Origin: a virus
Reading direction: 5' to 3' (one strand)
DNA: 64,000 nucleotides
Virus record (IMG/VR): IMGVR_UViG_3300012984_000568
Coordinates: 20,373 to 84,372 of that record
A program made the translations under genes and the position numbers. This document shows positions 19,911-29,797 of the stretch, piece after piece (position 1 is the first letter of the stretch; each line of letters opens with the position of its first letter). A model generated the notes under the pieces. It made no database searches and was not told the DNA's origin. It saw only the letters and a program-made list of their open reading frames with translations.

Positions 19911-20005
19911 TCGTTTCCCTTGGTTGGTCGTGCGCCGAGCAGGGCTCGGCCTCTGCAGCGCGTGGGCTGCGGTGGATGTTGTGAGTCGACTGCGCTAAGT
20001 CCGGC

Positions 20006-21382
20006 TCAATTGGGGAGCGCGAAGACGTACGTCGGAGGCACGGTTGCTTGGTACAACCGAGAGACCGTGAGATTGGTGCCGTTGGCGCCCAAGAGCTCTG
20101 CTTGCAGCTCGGTCACCAGCACCGGGTCCCAAAGCAGATATCCGCCCTCGGCCAGATGGGTGCCGTCGACAGACAGGGAGCGGTTTGCCATGTCGGCCTG
20201 CGTTAGAACCTGGCCAACGTTCGCCATGCGGTGCGCGAATGTTGGCCACGTCGACAACAGGTCCGCGTTGATGATCTGTCGCGCGGCTTCGAAATTTGCG
20301 TCGCCTTGGACAGCTGACAACGTGCAGGCGATCACGCGGAAGCCATCCGCCATGCCGCGGCTGCACACCGACTTGTATGCAGGGAGGACGAGCGCGGCGA
20401 CTTGACTTGGCGTAAGCGTGCCCAGCCCGGCGGACACGTCGTTGATCGAGATGCCCTGGCAGACGAGAATGTTTTTCGCTCTCGATGCCGAGTAGCGAGG
20501 GAGAGCATCGGTCAGATAGAACGCGGGGATTTGCGCCGGATTCGTCGTACCCGTACCCGCCGCCGCAACGTTGATCGCGCGAGGGGGATTAGCCAGTCCA
20601 TTCAAGGACGATTGCCACGCCGGGCGCCAAGCCGCGCCAACGGAATCTCCCAGGATGATAATCAGCGGCGCGGACGTCGGAGGGTTGCCGACGGGCTTGC
20701 TCACCAAATACGCTTGGAGATCGCCTTGGTCGGTCGACGACAGCGCCTGATAGAAAACCGCGTACTGACTTACTGCTAGGTGGGAGTTCGCGTATCCGGT
20801 CCAACGCCCCAGCTGGAAGTTGGTCAGCGTTCCGGCGGTGGGCGCCGTCGCGATCACCTTCGTCGACGTGACGCCGTTGATCGTGAGTCTGATCTCAAAC
20901 TGAGTCGGGCTGCATGTCAGAAGTAGGTTGCACTCGGTGACGTTGTGACCCGGCTGAATACCAGTCAGCCCGGGTATGACTGCGGTGTACGCGGGCGATT
21001 GGAGAACAAAGCTCCCACCCTGCATATACATCGCAAGATCGGTCCCGGCGCTGTGCGTAGCATACAGCAACGGCATGGTCTGCTGCCCGCCGCGTGACTG
21101 CCATGCGAGGCCGATCGTGCAGTTGTTCGCCGGCACCGGACTCGCCGGCGCAGGGAACACCATGTAATTCGGATCGCCCGAGTGAAAGTCGAGCGCGGCC
21201 GTTTCGCGCCAAGGCCTAGCGCTCCCACTGGCCGTGATGTTTCCGGACAGCGGCGCAGGCTGCGCGATCTGCTGAACGCGACCGTATGGCGTCGCGGCGA
21301 TCGTCGAGCCCGCGTCTGAGTAGGCGGTCTGAGATCCGTCGAACCAGAGCGCCAAGTTCGGCAGGGTTGCCGGCGTGCTCAT
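20006..21382 (-). CDS. Lectin-like domain fused to SGNH/GDSL hydrolase
   Basis: IILGDSV (block I), AAGTG, INDV, DGTHL (block V); N-terminal LALWFDG LamG-like start. Confidence 0.7.
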   Translation of the reverse strand: MSTPATLPNLALWFDGSQTAYSDAGSTIAATPYGRVQQIAQPAPLSGNITASGSARPWRETAALDFHSGDPNYMVFPAPASPVPANNCTIGLAWQSRGGQQTMPLLYATHSAGTDLAMYMQGGSFVLQSPAYTAVIPGLTGIQPGHNVTECNLLLTCSPTQFEIRLTINGVTSTKVIATAPTAGTLTNFQLGRWTGYANSHLAVSQYAVFYQALSSTDQGDLQAYLVSKPVGNPPTSAPLIIILGDSVGAAWRPAWQSSLNGLANPPRAINVAAAGTGTTNPAQIPAFYLTDALPRYSASRAKNILVCQGISINDVSAGLGTLTPSQVAALVLPAYKSVCSRGMADGFRVIACTLSAVQGDANFEAARQIINADLLSTWPTFAHRMANVGQVLTQADMANRSLSVDGTHLAEGGYLLWDPVLVTELQAELLGANGTNLTVSRLYQATVPPTYVFALPN

Positions 21383-22407
21383 ACAGCAACCGATCCGCCG
21401 TACTTCGCGGTGACCGCCGCGCGCACTGCCGACCAGTCGGGAAGATTCGGAGTGTAAACGAGCACCAAGAGCTCTGCGTTCGCGGGTACCCCAGCTCCGG
21501 GGGAGTGGAATACTCGAACGTTCGAAACTGCGTCGTTACCTGCGTTGCCCGTAGCCGAAACGGCGCCGATCTTGGTTGTGTCGCTCGCATTATTCGAGCG
21601 TTTGATCTCCAGGATGTTCCAGTTAAGCGGATTGATAGTTACGCTGACGCCCGCGACGTTGGCGTTCTTATGGTAAAACCCTGTCGACGGCGTAGCGCTG
21701 AGACAGCCGACGCGATTGCCATACGCGGCGTCGCCGTTACCAAGCAGGCACGCATCCGCCGCCGTTGCCAAGTAGCGGAATACAGCAAATACGTAATACG
21801 GCGTGGTTCCCGGCGCGGGCAGCGTGAGGCCGGAAATGGAAAGCACGTCGTCAGAGCCGTCTGCAACGAGACTGTTGCAGCCTCCAAGACTTGCTGTGAT
21901 AGCGGCGCGCGCAGTGCCTGAGGCAGTGCCGTTCTTGCCGTTGCCGCTACGATCAGTAACGGTCAACGTGGTCCCGTTGTCGGTCGTACCGACGTTCGGC
22001 TCCAAGATCGCCCAGGCGCCTGGGAAGTAGGTTGTCCAGTCGACAGAGGCAGCCGAAACCGTCACGTTCACCGCGGGAGAGTCGCCGGTTCCGCCAGCGG
22101 ATGCCGTAGCGGTCGCGGTCAGAGAAGCAGCGCCTGTGCTCGAAGGCGTCCAGCTGTACGTCCACGACGTGCCGGATCCAGTCATCGATCCCACAGTCGA
22201 GCCGTTCACTTTGAAGGCGACGCCGCTCGCACTGACGCTCGTGGTTACATTGACCGTTACCGGCGTACCCTGCGTCACGGTCGCACCCGCGGTAGGCGAG
22301 GTGATCGCGCAGGTGATGCCACCGATGTCGTCAGCGGTTGTCGAGTTCTTCAGAGAAAATAGGTACTGCGACCCACCGAGAGCTTTCTCGATCGTCAATG
22401 CGCGCAT
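21379..22407 (-). CDS. Ig-like plus lectin-like virion protein
   Basis: AITSPTAGATV..V.FKVNG..W.YSWTP..LTATAT bacterial Ig-like domain, then DRSGNG LamG-like domain. Confidence 0.65.
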   Translation of the reverse strand: MRALTIEKALGGSQYLFSLKNSTTADDIGGITCAITSPTAGATVTQGTPVTVNVTTSVSASGVAFKVNGSTVGSMTGSGTSWTYSWTPSSTGAASLTATATASAGGTGDSPAVNVTVSAASVDWTTYFPGAWAILEPNVGTTDNGTTLTVTDRSGNGKNGTASGTARAAITASLGGCNSLVADGSDDVLSISGLTLPAPGTTPYYVFAVFRYLATAADACLLGNGDAAYGNRVGCLSATPSTGFYHKNANVAGVSVTINPLNWNILEIKRSNNASDTTKIGAVSATGNAGNDAVSNVRVFHSPGAGVPANAELLVLVYTPNLPDWSAVRAAVTAKYGGSVAV

Positions 22408-22442
22408 GCGTTCAACCTTTCAAACGAGATTGCGAGTCGCGG

Positions 22443-23213
22443 TCAGAGCAATCGCCAGGTCAGCTCGACGTCCCACGTGTAGGTGGTCGAAGCTTTTCCG
22501 GTGACCGTCATCACGACGCTGTTGCCGACGACGGCGAGAGCCGGTGTGCCGCACGCAGCGTCGTCCTTCTGAATTGCGAAGACGTTGTTCACCGAGCCCC
22601 AGATGGTCGGCGCAGCTGAGGCAATGCGGCGATAGACGGCGCGCTGCTCGAGAAACACCATGTTCCCGGCAGCGTCCACACCCTTCCAGCGCGCGAACAG
22701 TGAAACGAGGTTGTTTGCTGCTAGCGGTATACTGAGCGTGTTCGCCGTGGTCGCGTTGGCTGTCGTGTAGCGACCGACGGTGCGCGTCTCGACCTTACGC
22801 AACGTGGTAGCGTCGTGCAGCTGCAGCTCGTACGAGGTTCCGCCGCCATTGGCGTCCTGAATGAAGCGGAGGATGCCAACGTCGTCGAAGCTCGGCGGGT
22901 TGATGCCAGTTGAGCGCGCAACGAACTCGGCAATTGCATCGCCGTTCTGCGTTTCGTCGGGCGAACCGGAGACAACGCGGCTCTTTTTCGCGATGAAGCG
23001 AGCGGGCACCGCATCGCTGCTGAACTGATACGACACCCAGCCGCGCTCGGCTGAGCTACCAGTGCTCAGCGCCGCATCTCCGGGGAATACGACGGAATCG
23101 GCCGTGTCGCGCATCACGCTGCCGACTCGGTTCGCCGTGTTCGCGTTCGCCGCGGTTTCGGTTTTGACGACGTCGGCAGAGGCCTGAAGCGTTGCTCGAG
23201 AGACAGCGGTCAT
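22443..23213 (-). CDS. Fibre-associated structural protein
   Basis: N-terminal ETAANANTANRVG motif; position between baseplate and fibre genes. Confidence 0.55.
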   Translation of the reverse strand: MTAVSRATLQASADVVKTETAANANTANRVGSVMRDTADSVVFPGDAALSTGSSAERGWVSYQFSSDAVPARFIAKKSRVVSGSPDETQNGDAIAEFVARSTGINPPSFDDVGILRFIQDANGGGTSYELQLHDATTLRKVETRTVGRYTTANATTANTLSIPLAANNLVSLFARWKGVDAAGNMVFLEQRAVYRRIASAAPTIWGSVNNVFAIQKDDAACGTPALAVVGNSVVMTVTGKASTTYTWDVELTWRLL

Positions 23214-23222
23214 CGGGATTCC

Positions 23223-23999
23223 TCAGACAAACGAGTCATCGAAAGTCACATCGAAAATGTCGGTGTAATCGACGAGCAGGACCGGCCACAGGTGGGTCGG
23301 GCGTAGCTTCAGCACCAGGCGCTCGAACTCTTCGCGGCGCGTGTTCAGCACGTCAGCGTGGTTGGGAAACGTCGATGCGCCGATGTAGAAGAAGTACGGC
23401 CAAGTCGTTGGATCGTCGGGGACTGGCGGTGGCGCGCGGCGCGTCAGGTCTTTGTTGACCAGATAGTGAGTGTCGTTCGCCAGGAACGTGTTGCACTGGG
23501 GTTGCGTGGCATTGGGTAGCCCATATGCGGTGCACTGCGGTTGCACCGAGAGCAGCGAGTTGGGCGTGCACTGCACCGTGCCAATGCGCGGGCGCTGCGT
23601 GTAAGCTCGAGGGTCGCGGGCGACGTAGGGCGGACCAGAGCTCCACCAGTCGTGCACGTACACGTCGAAGCCCGCCGCGCGGAGGACACCTTGGATGTAG
23701 CTCGGTGATTGCCCACCGGTTGAGCGCCACTCCGCAGCAAGCGCCAGCCGTCGCAACGCGACGTCGGCGGTCGCGGCTGGGACGAGCCCAAACTCCCGTT
23801 CCCACTCCTCAAGAGCCCCTGGCGTGCGGGCGGTGGCCGGGAATTGGTCCGACCAGATATCGTCGACGAATTGCCGGAGCGCGTCAGGGGTGCCGGTCAG
23901 CCCCTCGAACAGCTTTCGCAGCGTCTTGTTGCCGGTGAGCGCCCACGTCGGGCTGCGCGGCAAAAGGTGCTGGAGGGTGGCGAGAAACCGGGATGGCAT
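23223..23999 (-). CDS. Baseplate wedge protein (Mu gp48/DUF2313-like)
   Basis: LQHLLP..W, FP.TA..LEEWEREFGL, GGQSPSYI and LKLRPTH motifs. Confidence 0.75.
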   Translation of the reverse strand: MPSRFLATLQHLLPRSPTWALTGNKTLRKLFEGLTGTPDALRQFVDDIWSDQFPATARTPGALEEWEREFGLVPAATADVALRRLALAAEWRSTGGQSPSYIQGVLRAAGFDVYVHDWWSSGPPYVARDPRAYTQRPRIGTVQCTPNSLLSVQPQCTAYGLPNATQPQCNTFLANDTHYLVNKDLTRRAPPPVPDDPTTWPYFFYIGASTFPNHADVLNTRREEFERLVLKLRPTHLWPVLLVDYTDIFDVTFDDSFV

Positions 24000-24067
24000 G
24001 AGGCGGCAGACACACGGTGGTCGGGCGAGCAGTTGCGCGAGCTTGCGGGCCGACTTAGCGTTGCTGG

Positions 24068-24853
24068 ATGTTCAGAGGGCTGTGCGCGTTGGGGCTGGTG
24101 GCGCTTGGATGCGGTGGGACAGCGGCTGAACCGCCTGAGCACGGGTTGCTGGCGGCACAGGCAGGGTCACCAAGCGATGCGCGCGGTGGCTCTGGGTCGG
24201 GGAGCATTGGCGGCTCTGCGCCGACTGCGCAGGGCGGAAGAGGCGGCAGCACGGCGCCCAAGGGCGGCGCCGGCGGTAGGTTGAGCATCGAAGACCGAGG
24301 CGGTGAGTCGAGTGGCGGCAGCGCCGGACGAGCGAGCAGCGGTGGTCAGGGCGGAGACCCGGTCGAAGCAGGCGGTTCCGCGCCGGCGGTGGCAGGCTCG
24401 TCTAGCGGTGGTCAGGCAATCGTCGACAGCGGCGGATCGGCGTGGGGCGGCAGCTCTGCTGGTGGCTCGTGGGCTGGCAACGGCGGTGCCGCCAGCACCG
24501 GCGGCGGCGGGGCGGGTGGCTCCGTCGATAGCGGATCGGGAGGTGCGAGTGCGGGTTCAGGCGGTAGCGCACCGTGCGTTTGCTCGAGCGGCGAGTGTTG
24601 CGATGGGTGCCAGTTCCGACCCTATTCCTATTTCCTGGGGGAGTTCCCGTCTACCACTCGCTGCTCCTCGGCGACTTGGCTCGAGACAGGATACCGAAAC
24701 AAGTTCTGCACCGGTGCGTCAGCTACCGACGTTCGCTGGAGTCCAACGCCTTGGTTCGTAGATAAGAATTGTGACGATGGTACCAGTACCGGCATGGTCT
24801 GCGCCGCAGTCGGCACCGGAAGCCTTGCCGCTCAATGCGTGCCGAAACCTTAA
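24068..24853 (+). CDS. Gly/Ser-rich, Cys-rich lipoprotein (moron, antisense to late operon)
   Basis: Signal MFRGLCALGLVALGC lipobox, long GGS linker, C-terminal disulfide-rich domain; shares TTAA stop with the fibre gene at 24850-24853. Confidence 0.75.
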   Translation: MFRGLCALGLVALGCGGTAAEPPEHGLLAAQAGSPSDARGGSGSGSIGGSAPTAQGGRGGSTAPKGGAGGRLSIEDRGGESSGGSAGRASSGGQGGDPVEAGGSAPAVAGSSSGGQAIVDSGGSAWGGSSAGGSWAGNGGAASTGGGGAGGSVDSGSGGASAGSGGSAPCVCSSGECCDGCQFRPYSYFLGEFPSTTRCSSATWLETGYRNKFCTGASATDVRWSPTPWFVDKNCDDGTSTGMVCAAVGTGSLAAQCVPKP

Positions 24854-26073
24854 GCGCGCACCGACAGAGCAATTTCAGTTTGCGCACCAGTGGCATGCGC
24901 GACGACGAATCTCCCGTCCGCCACCACGATTCGATTCCAACCCGCCGTTGCGACGCGGTGATTGCCGACCGCAACCGTTGACCAACTCGCGCCCTTGTTC
25001 GTCGAGTAAGCGATTCCGCCAAAGCTGGCGCTCTGGGTCACCATCACCCAGAGTGGACCGATTACCGCGAGGTCATTCGCTGCTGGCGGGCCAGGCGTAA
25101 GCGTCCAGGTCAAGCCGTCTGGCGATGTCGAATAGCCGAGGCCGTTTCCGATCGCCATCCACAGTCCATCGTACGAGCTGTAGGCAACGCCAACCCAAAG
25201 GCCTGAGCCTCCGAGTGCTCTTTCTGTCCAGTTGATGCCGTCAGGTGACGTGAGGCACTTGCTGTAGGAACCGAGCGGGAGGATCACAAAGAGTGACCCG
25301 TTCCACACGATTCGCCGCGCGCCACCGCAGCCAGAGACCCACGCGCCTGGCGTAGTGCGCACTGTCCAGCTGCCAGCAAGCCCAGTCGGCGACGTATAGA
25401 TCACCCCAGCATCGCCAGCGAGAACCCACAGGCTGAGGCTCTCTGCCCAGCAAGCGACGGCGTGCGCCGGCACCGTCGCAGAGAGAGGGCCCCAGGCGAG
25501 ACCGTCTACCGACGTGTAGTATCCGGTCGGCGCAGCCCAGGTCATCAGGAAGCCCGGCGCGCCGTTGATTTTTCCGTATGCAACGCACTGATACGCCGCG
25601 TTGTTCAGCCCCGAGTGATCCCACTCGGTGCCATCCTCTGACGACCAAGGGCGGAACCCAGAAGTATTGCTCGGAGAGATGACCACGTAGCGTCCGCCGA
25701 GACTGACTCCGAGCGTTGGTGCCCACGCGATGTCCACCGGTCCGTCAGGCGTAACTAAATCGCCAGCGTCGTGGAAGCTTCCGCGCTCAGGCCAATTGAT
25801 AGCTTGTTTCTTTTGAATTTCGCGGCGACAGGCATCTCGAAGGGCATCGAGATATTGCGACGCGCCGACCTTGTCGGGCGTGTTCGTCGGAGTGATGCGC
25901 GCGGCATCGAGTAGCGCCTGCTCGAAGCCGAGGAAGTCGTTGACGAGGTCCTGCTCCCAGGGTGTACCCGTGCCGTCGTTGACGACTACAATGTTCTGCG
26001 CCTTGCCATTGGGATAGCCAGGATCGAGCGTCGATACCTGCCCTGGATAGCGAGTCTTTGGATCGAGTGCCAT
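24850..26073 (-). CDS. Tail fibre/receptor-binding protein with beta-propeller
   Basis: N-terminal anchor (YPNGKAQN..GTPW..ITP..PD..SQYLDAL), then SPDG..W repeats; follows baseplate J. Confidence 0.75.
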   Translation of the reverse strand: MALDPKTRYPGQVSTLDPGYPNGKAQNIVVVNDGTGTPWEQDLVNDFLGFEQALLDAARITPTNTPDKVGASQYLDALRDACRREIQKKQAINWPERGSFHDAGDLVTPDGPVDIAWAPTLGVSLGGRYVVISPSNTSGFRPWSSEDGTEWDHSGLNNAAYQCVAYGKINGAPGFLMTWAAPTGYYTSVDGLAWGPLSATVPAHAVACWAESLSLWVLAGDAGVIYTSPTGLAGSWTVRTTPGAWVSGCGGARRIVWNGSLFVILPLGSYSKCLTSPDGINWTERALGGSGLWVGVAYSSYDGLWMAIGNGLGYSTSPDGLTWTLTPGPPAANDLAVIGPLWVMVTQSASFGGIAYSTNKGASWSTVAVGNHRVATAGWNRIVVADGRFVVAHATGAQTEIALSVRA

Positions 26074-26089
26074 GCTGTTTCGCGCTCGC

Positions 26090-27274
26090 TCAGGCGTAGT
26101 TGATATGGTCCAGTTTGGCTTTTTGCCCTGGGCCAAGAGTGAATGCCGGACCAGGCGAAGCGGTAACCTTCGTCACGCTCGCGCCGTTGGCATCAACGAT
26201 CGTTTGCACGACGCCACCAATGGCAGAATCGGTGACGCGGTCTCGGCGTGGCAACGTCGACAACCCTTCGATGTACGGCTCTCGGGTGCGCAAGAACTCG
26301 TCTACGCCAGCCTTCAAAGCTTCCCGCGTTGCTTGCACATCAGGGTCGAATCCAGCAACGGTGACGAGAACTGCTGTTCGAGTGATCGGGTAAACGTTGA
26401 TCGCGGCGCCTACGGGCCGGCGGCTAGCAAGCCCAGAGCTGTCGATAAACTGGAGCGCGTTGAAAACCGCCGTGATCTGCGCTGGCGTGGCAATGCCATC
26501 CGCGCTCCCCGAACTCGCCTGGTCCGCCTCGACGTAGATGTCGACTTCGCCCGGGCGTGGGCTGGCGTACGGATAGACGTTGATGATCCCCGGAACTTCG
26601 AGCGCCCAGTCAACGTAGTCGGCGTAGCAGCCGCCCTGGGGCTTGCCCTGAGTTTTGGTAAGCAGGCGCGCGCGGTAAGCGTCGGTGGTTTCGGCATCTG
26701 TGCCTGCGACTTCCTGACCAACAACCGTTGCCTTGCTGACGACGTTTGGCGGCGGGTTGGCGAACTCGAGCACATCGCCGTTCTGCCGGTTTCCAATGCT
26801 GCCTGACCCGTCGCCGCCGGATTGGTCCGAAACGGCGCGCACGTTCACGGTAACCGTCGAAGCGTCGAGCGCCACTTCAGCTACGGTCTCATAAATGATG
26901 TTGGCTGCCGGAAAGAGCAGTGCGGTGCCGCTCGCCAACTTGCCGGTCTGGACCGTGACCGTGACGCTGATCTTGTGCTGCGCCTGTATCGCTGGCTCGG
27001 GGTCACCGATGCCACTGCGTCGGCCGAGTTCGACGAGCGGGCGAACGATCTTGCCGTTGATCGTCGTCTCTTTGTCCGTCGCATAGGCGACGAAAAGCTG
27101 CAGGAAGATAAAGCCGCAGTATTTCCACAGAATGACGACGAGGCCGGCGAGCACCTTGGCCAGGACGTTGATGAACGCCTTGGGCAGGATTGGCACGGTC
27201 TGCTCGAGCGACGCGCCAATCTGATCGGAGATGTTGCCGCTCAGCTCCTGAGTCGATGGTGTGGGCAGGCTCAC
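26090..27274 (-). CDS. Baseplate J/gp47-like protein
   Basis: GSIGN, GTDAETTDAYRARL, GGCYADYVDWALEVPGI, PGEVDIYV. Confidence 0.9.
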   Translation of the reverse strand: MSLPTPSTQELSGNISDQIGASLEQTVPILPKAFINVLAKVLAGLVVILWKYCGFIFLQLFVAYATDKETTINGKIVRPLVELGRRSGIGDPEPAIQAQHKISVTVTVQTGKLASGTALLFPAANIIYETVAEVALDASTVTVNVRAVSDQSGGDGSGSIGNRQNGDVLEFANPPPNVVSKATVVGQEVAGTDAETTDAYRARLLTKTQGKPQGGCYADYVDWALEVPGIINVYPYASPRPGEVDIYVEADQASSGSADGIATPAQITAVFNALQFIDSSGLASRRPVGAAINVYPITRTAVLVTVAGFDPDVQATREALKAGVDEFLRTREPYIEGLSTLPRRDRVTDSAIGGVVQTIVDANGASVTKVTASPGPAFTLGPGQKAKLDHINYA

Positions 27275-27699
27275 TTGGAGATTCCGGGCGGCTTGAGACT
27301 GAAGAGAGTTTTTTCGCCGTTGATGACGACGGCGATGTCGACCTGGACCTTGTCGACGCCGGGCATGGTGGCGCGCGCAGCGACCGAATCAGCGACGCTC
27401 TCTTGCATCCAAGAGAGGTCTTTGACCGCTGCGTCCTCGAAGCGAGTTAGGTTTGCCGGGATGAGCGGCAGGGTCTTCAGCGCGTGCTGCAGTTCGCTGC
27501 GATAACGCTTGTCCGGATCAGACTCGTCGAAGTTCGCCCAGAACTGCTTTGAATCGTCAGCGGAGAGTCCAGAGTCATCAGAGTTCCCTCCGAAGCAGCT
27601 CAGGTACGCGGCAACGTCGAGCCCTTCGGTAAGGGTGATTTGCCCGTTTTCCGCGATGATTTCGCCACCGTCTGGCGTCTGAAAGATCAGGACGTCCAT
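27271..27699 (-). CDS. Mu gp46-like baseplate protein
   Basis: GLDVAAYLSCFGGN..W..SEL..DLSWM motifs; directly upstream of J. Confidence 0.75.
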   Translation of the reverse strand: MDVLIFQTPDGGEIIAENGQITLTEGLDVAAYLSCFGGNSDDSGLSADDSKQFWANFDESDPDKRYRSELQHALKTLPLIPANLTRFEDAAVKDLSWMQESVADSVAARATMPGVDKVQVDIAVVINGEKTLFSLKPPGISK

Positions 27700-27705
27700 T
27701 TCGAT

Positions 27706-28146
27706 TCAGGACCAGGGGATGACAGTGTTGGGTGGAGCGACGAGAGTGCTCAGCCCCGTTTTCATCCACGTGTTGATCAGCGAGGCGATCGCGCTCGCCG
27801 CTGCGGCTGCTGTGGGCGGCTTCGCACCGCCGAACTGCGCAGCAAAACCGACGGGGGCCGGCGGGGGCGTGGGCACGAATCCGGCCATGCCACCGCCAAC
27901 AGTCACCGCGAACGCTGCGAACGCGCTCTCCATGCCGGGGATCGCGGAGGGCGCCGCGAACGCGCCGGCGAGCGATGAGGCTAGCGCAGCACTTGCGCTG
28001 GCGACCGTCGTTGACGCCGGTACGATGCTAGCTGCCCAGCCCTGTACTGCGTCTGCCCACGACTGCGCGCACGCGGCGTAGCCGTCAGGCGGACTCTCGA
28101 AAGTCGACTGTAGCCCGCTCGAGAGAGCGGAAAGATTGAGGGGCAT
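27706..28146 (-). CDS. Ala-rich baseplate-region protein
   Basis: 146 aa ORF coupled to the spike gene. Confidence 0.6.
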   Translation of the reverse strand: MPLNLSALSSGLQSTFESPPDGYAACAQSWADAVQGWAASIVPASTTVASASAALASSLAGAFAAPSAIPGMESAFAAFAVTVGGGMAGFVPTPPPAPVGFAAQFGGAKPPTAAAAASAIASLINTWMKTGLSTLVAPPNTVIPWS

Positions 28147-28691
28147 CAGGTGCCCGGGGTGGGCTTGTCCGTGGGACCGACGCCCGTCGGGTGCAGATGC
28201 GTCGAGAGCGAAACACTCGCGCCGCCCGTCATCGCAGTGACTTCACCCGGGGCTTTGATGCTGCCGTCCTTGTCGATGACGACTCCGTTGATGATCACTT
28301 TGCCGCCGCTCACTGCCGTGGAAAGTTCGATGTCGGCGCCGTCCTTGAGTGCCGAGATCGCAATCTTGCCTGGGCCCTTCAGCCATATCTCGCAGACGAC
28401 AGAGCCGTCGGCGGGGTCGCGCGCGTAGATGCGTTTCTCGCCCGGCAGCGCTTTCCCCTTCGTCTTGGTGTTGGCATAGCCAGCGGAGCGCAGCGCGCCT
28501 TGCCCGGTCGAGTCAGCGGCGCCAGCGAAGTCGTCGGGCAACGGCAGAGAATCATCGCCGGCGTCCGCGACGTGCTCGAGCGTGAGCAGCTCGCCGCCGC
28601 CGGCGTCGACCGTAACCTCGACGAGCTCGCGGCCGTCATCTTTGGTTACTCGCTCGCTCGATTGAACGACGCCCGTTCGCGCATGCGCCAT
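28146..28691 (-). CDS. Baseplate spike (Mu gp45/gpV-like)
   Basis: GDDSLPLPDD, PGEKRIYARD and C-terminal SLSTHLH iron-binding HxH tip. Confidence 0.8.
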   Translation of the reverse strand: MAHARTGVVQSSERVTKDDGRELVEVTVDAGGGELLTLEHVADAGDDSLPLPDDFAGAADSTGQGALRSAGYANTKTKGKALPGEKRIYARDPADGSVVCEIWLKGPGKIAISALKDGADIELSTAVSGGKVIINGVVIDKDGSIKAPGEVTAMTGGASVSLSTHLHPTGVGPTDKPTPGT

Positions 28692-29797
28692 CAGTCCGCC
28701 TCATCCCAGGGCAAAACGTCCGGGGTCTCGCCGCTGAAGGCGCCAGGCAACACGAGGTTGAGCGATGCACTGAGCTTTTCCGTGCTCTGGCGCAGGGTCA
28801 CCTCGCGGATGAGCATTTCCGTTTCTCGGTAAACCATCGCACCAGGAGCGAGCAGCGTGAGGCTCGTGTTCGGGTCCCAAAGCTTCCCGTCCGGATCTCG
28901 CCAGGTGGGGAGATCGTCAATCGTGTAGCTCACAATGTTCGCGAACATTCTCCCCATCATGGCTTTCGCCGAATCGGGAGCATCCGCGCGCTCGGTGTCG
29001 TTGAACTTCTTCGATATCGGACGGTATTCGTTGATTGGCGCGCCCGAGTCGAGGCGCGTTCCGAGGTGCGGGTTCAACGCCACCGTGACGCCGCCTTTTT
29101 TGCCTTTGCACGCCGGGGCGTAGCCAGTGATTTGGCTGTAGAAGTCCTGGGGCGAGAAGTTTGCGCTCACCTTCGTCAACGGCGGGACGGCTTCGACGAA
29201 CTGCACGACCGGCGCGCCGCGTTTGATGGTGCGCCAAAACAGCACCTTCCCCGCCTCGGTATTCGTAATCACGAATCCGCGCTGCTGCGCGAGAGGGACG
29301 AGGAAGGCGTGGATCTTCTTTTCGATCTCGATGCTGACCCGATCGAACTTCGGGCCCGGGTCGCCGCGAAACTCGCAGTCCAAATCGAACGGGTCGCAGA
29401 GCTGCTGCGCGATCGCCTGCAGCGTCATCTTGGTGAACTGCGTCTTGATTGCGCCTTTCGGCCGGCGCCCCTTGTAGCCTTCGCCGGTTGGCGCGGTGCA
29501 GTCGCAGAGCATGCCGGGGAAGGCGTAGCAGGACACCGACACCGTCTTCGAATCACGGTCTATCCTCGGGTCCGGCGTCAGCATCGTCCCAGTGAACAGC
29601 GGGTCGCCGTTCAGCAGGACCTGCACAGGCTGGTACGAGAAGGGCCGGAATAGGGTGCGAAATTCCTTCCGGGATGGCTCGAACGGAGCCGAGAATCGAA
29701 TCGAATCGAACTTGTCGACCGACAGCGTGACCTCGAGATCGAGCCAGTTTGCGAACTTCTTGCCGGCGATCACCAGCTCGATTTTCTCGTCGAGCAT
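28691..29797 (-). CDS. Baseplate hub (Mu gpP/gp44-like)
   Basis: IAGKKFANW..V..S.D..F, L..DCT, W.PN motifs; synteny. Confidence 0.8.
   Translation of the reverse strand: MLDEKIELVIAGKKFANWLDLEVTLSVDKFDSIRFSAPFEPSRKEFRTLFRPFSYQPVQVLLNGDPLFTGTMLTPDPRIDRDSKTVSVSCYAFPGMLCDCTAPTGEGYKGRRPKGAIKTQFTKMTLQAIAQQLCDPFDLDCEFRGDPGPKFDRVSIEIEKKIHAFLVPLAQQRGFVITNTEAGKVLFWRTIKRGAPVVQFVEAVPPLTKVSANFSPQDFYSQITGYAPACKGKKGGVTVALNPHLGTRLDSGAPINEYRPISKKFNDTERADAPDSAKAMMGRMFANIVSYTIDDLPTWRDPDGKLWDPNTSLTLLAPGAMVYRETEMLIREVTLRQSTEKLSASLNLVLPGAFSGETPDVLPWDEAD

Noticed and set aside
18783-20405. Long + strand ORFs opposite structural genes (also 12667-13794, 14869-15882, 35339-36526, 39117-40082)
   Set aside because: Antisense shadows typical of high-GC coding DNA; no motifs, and they overlap well-supported - strand genes
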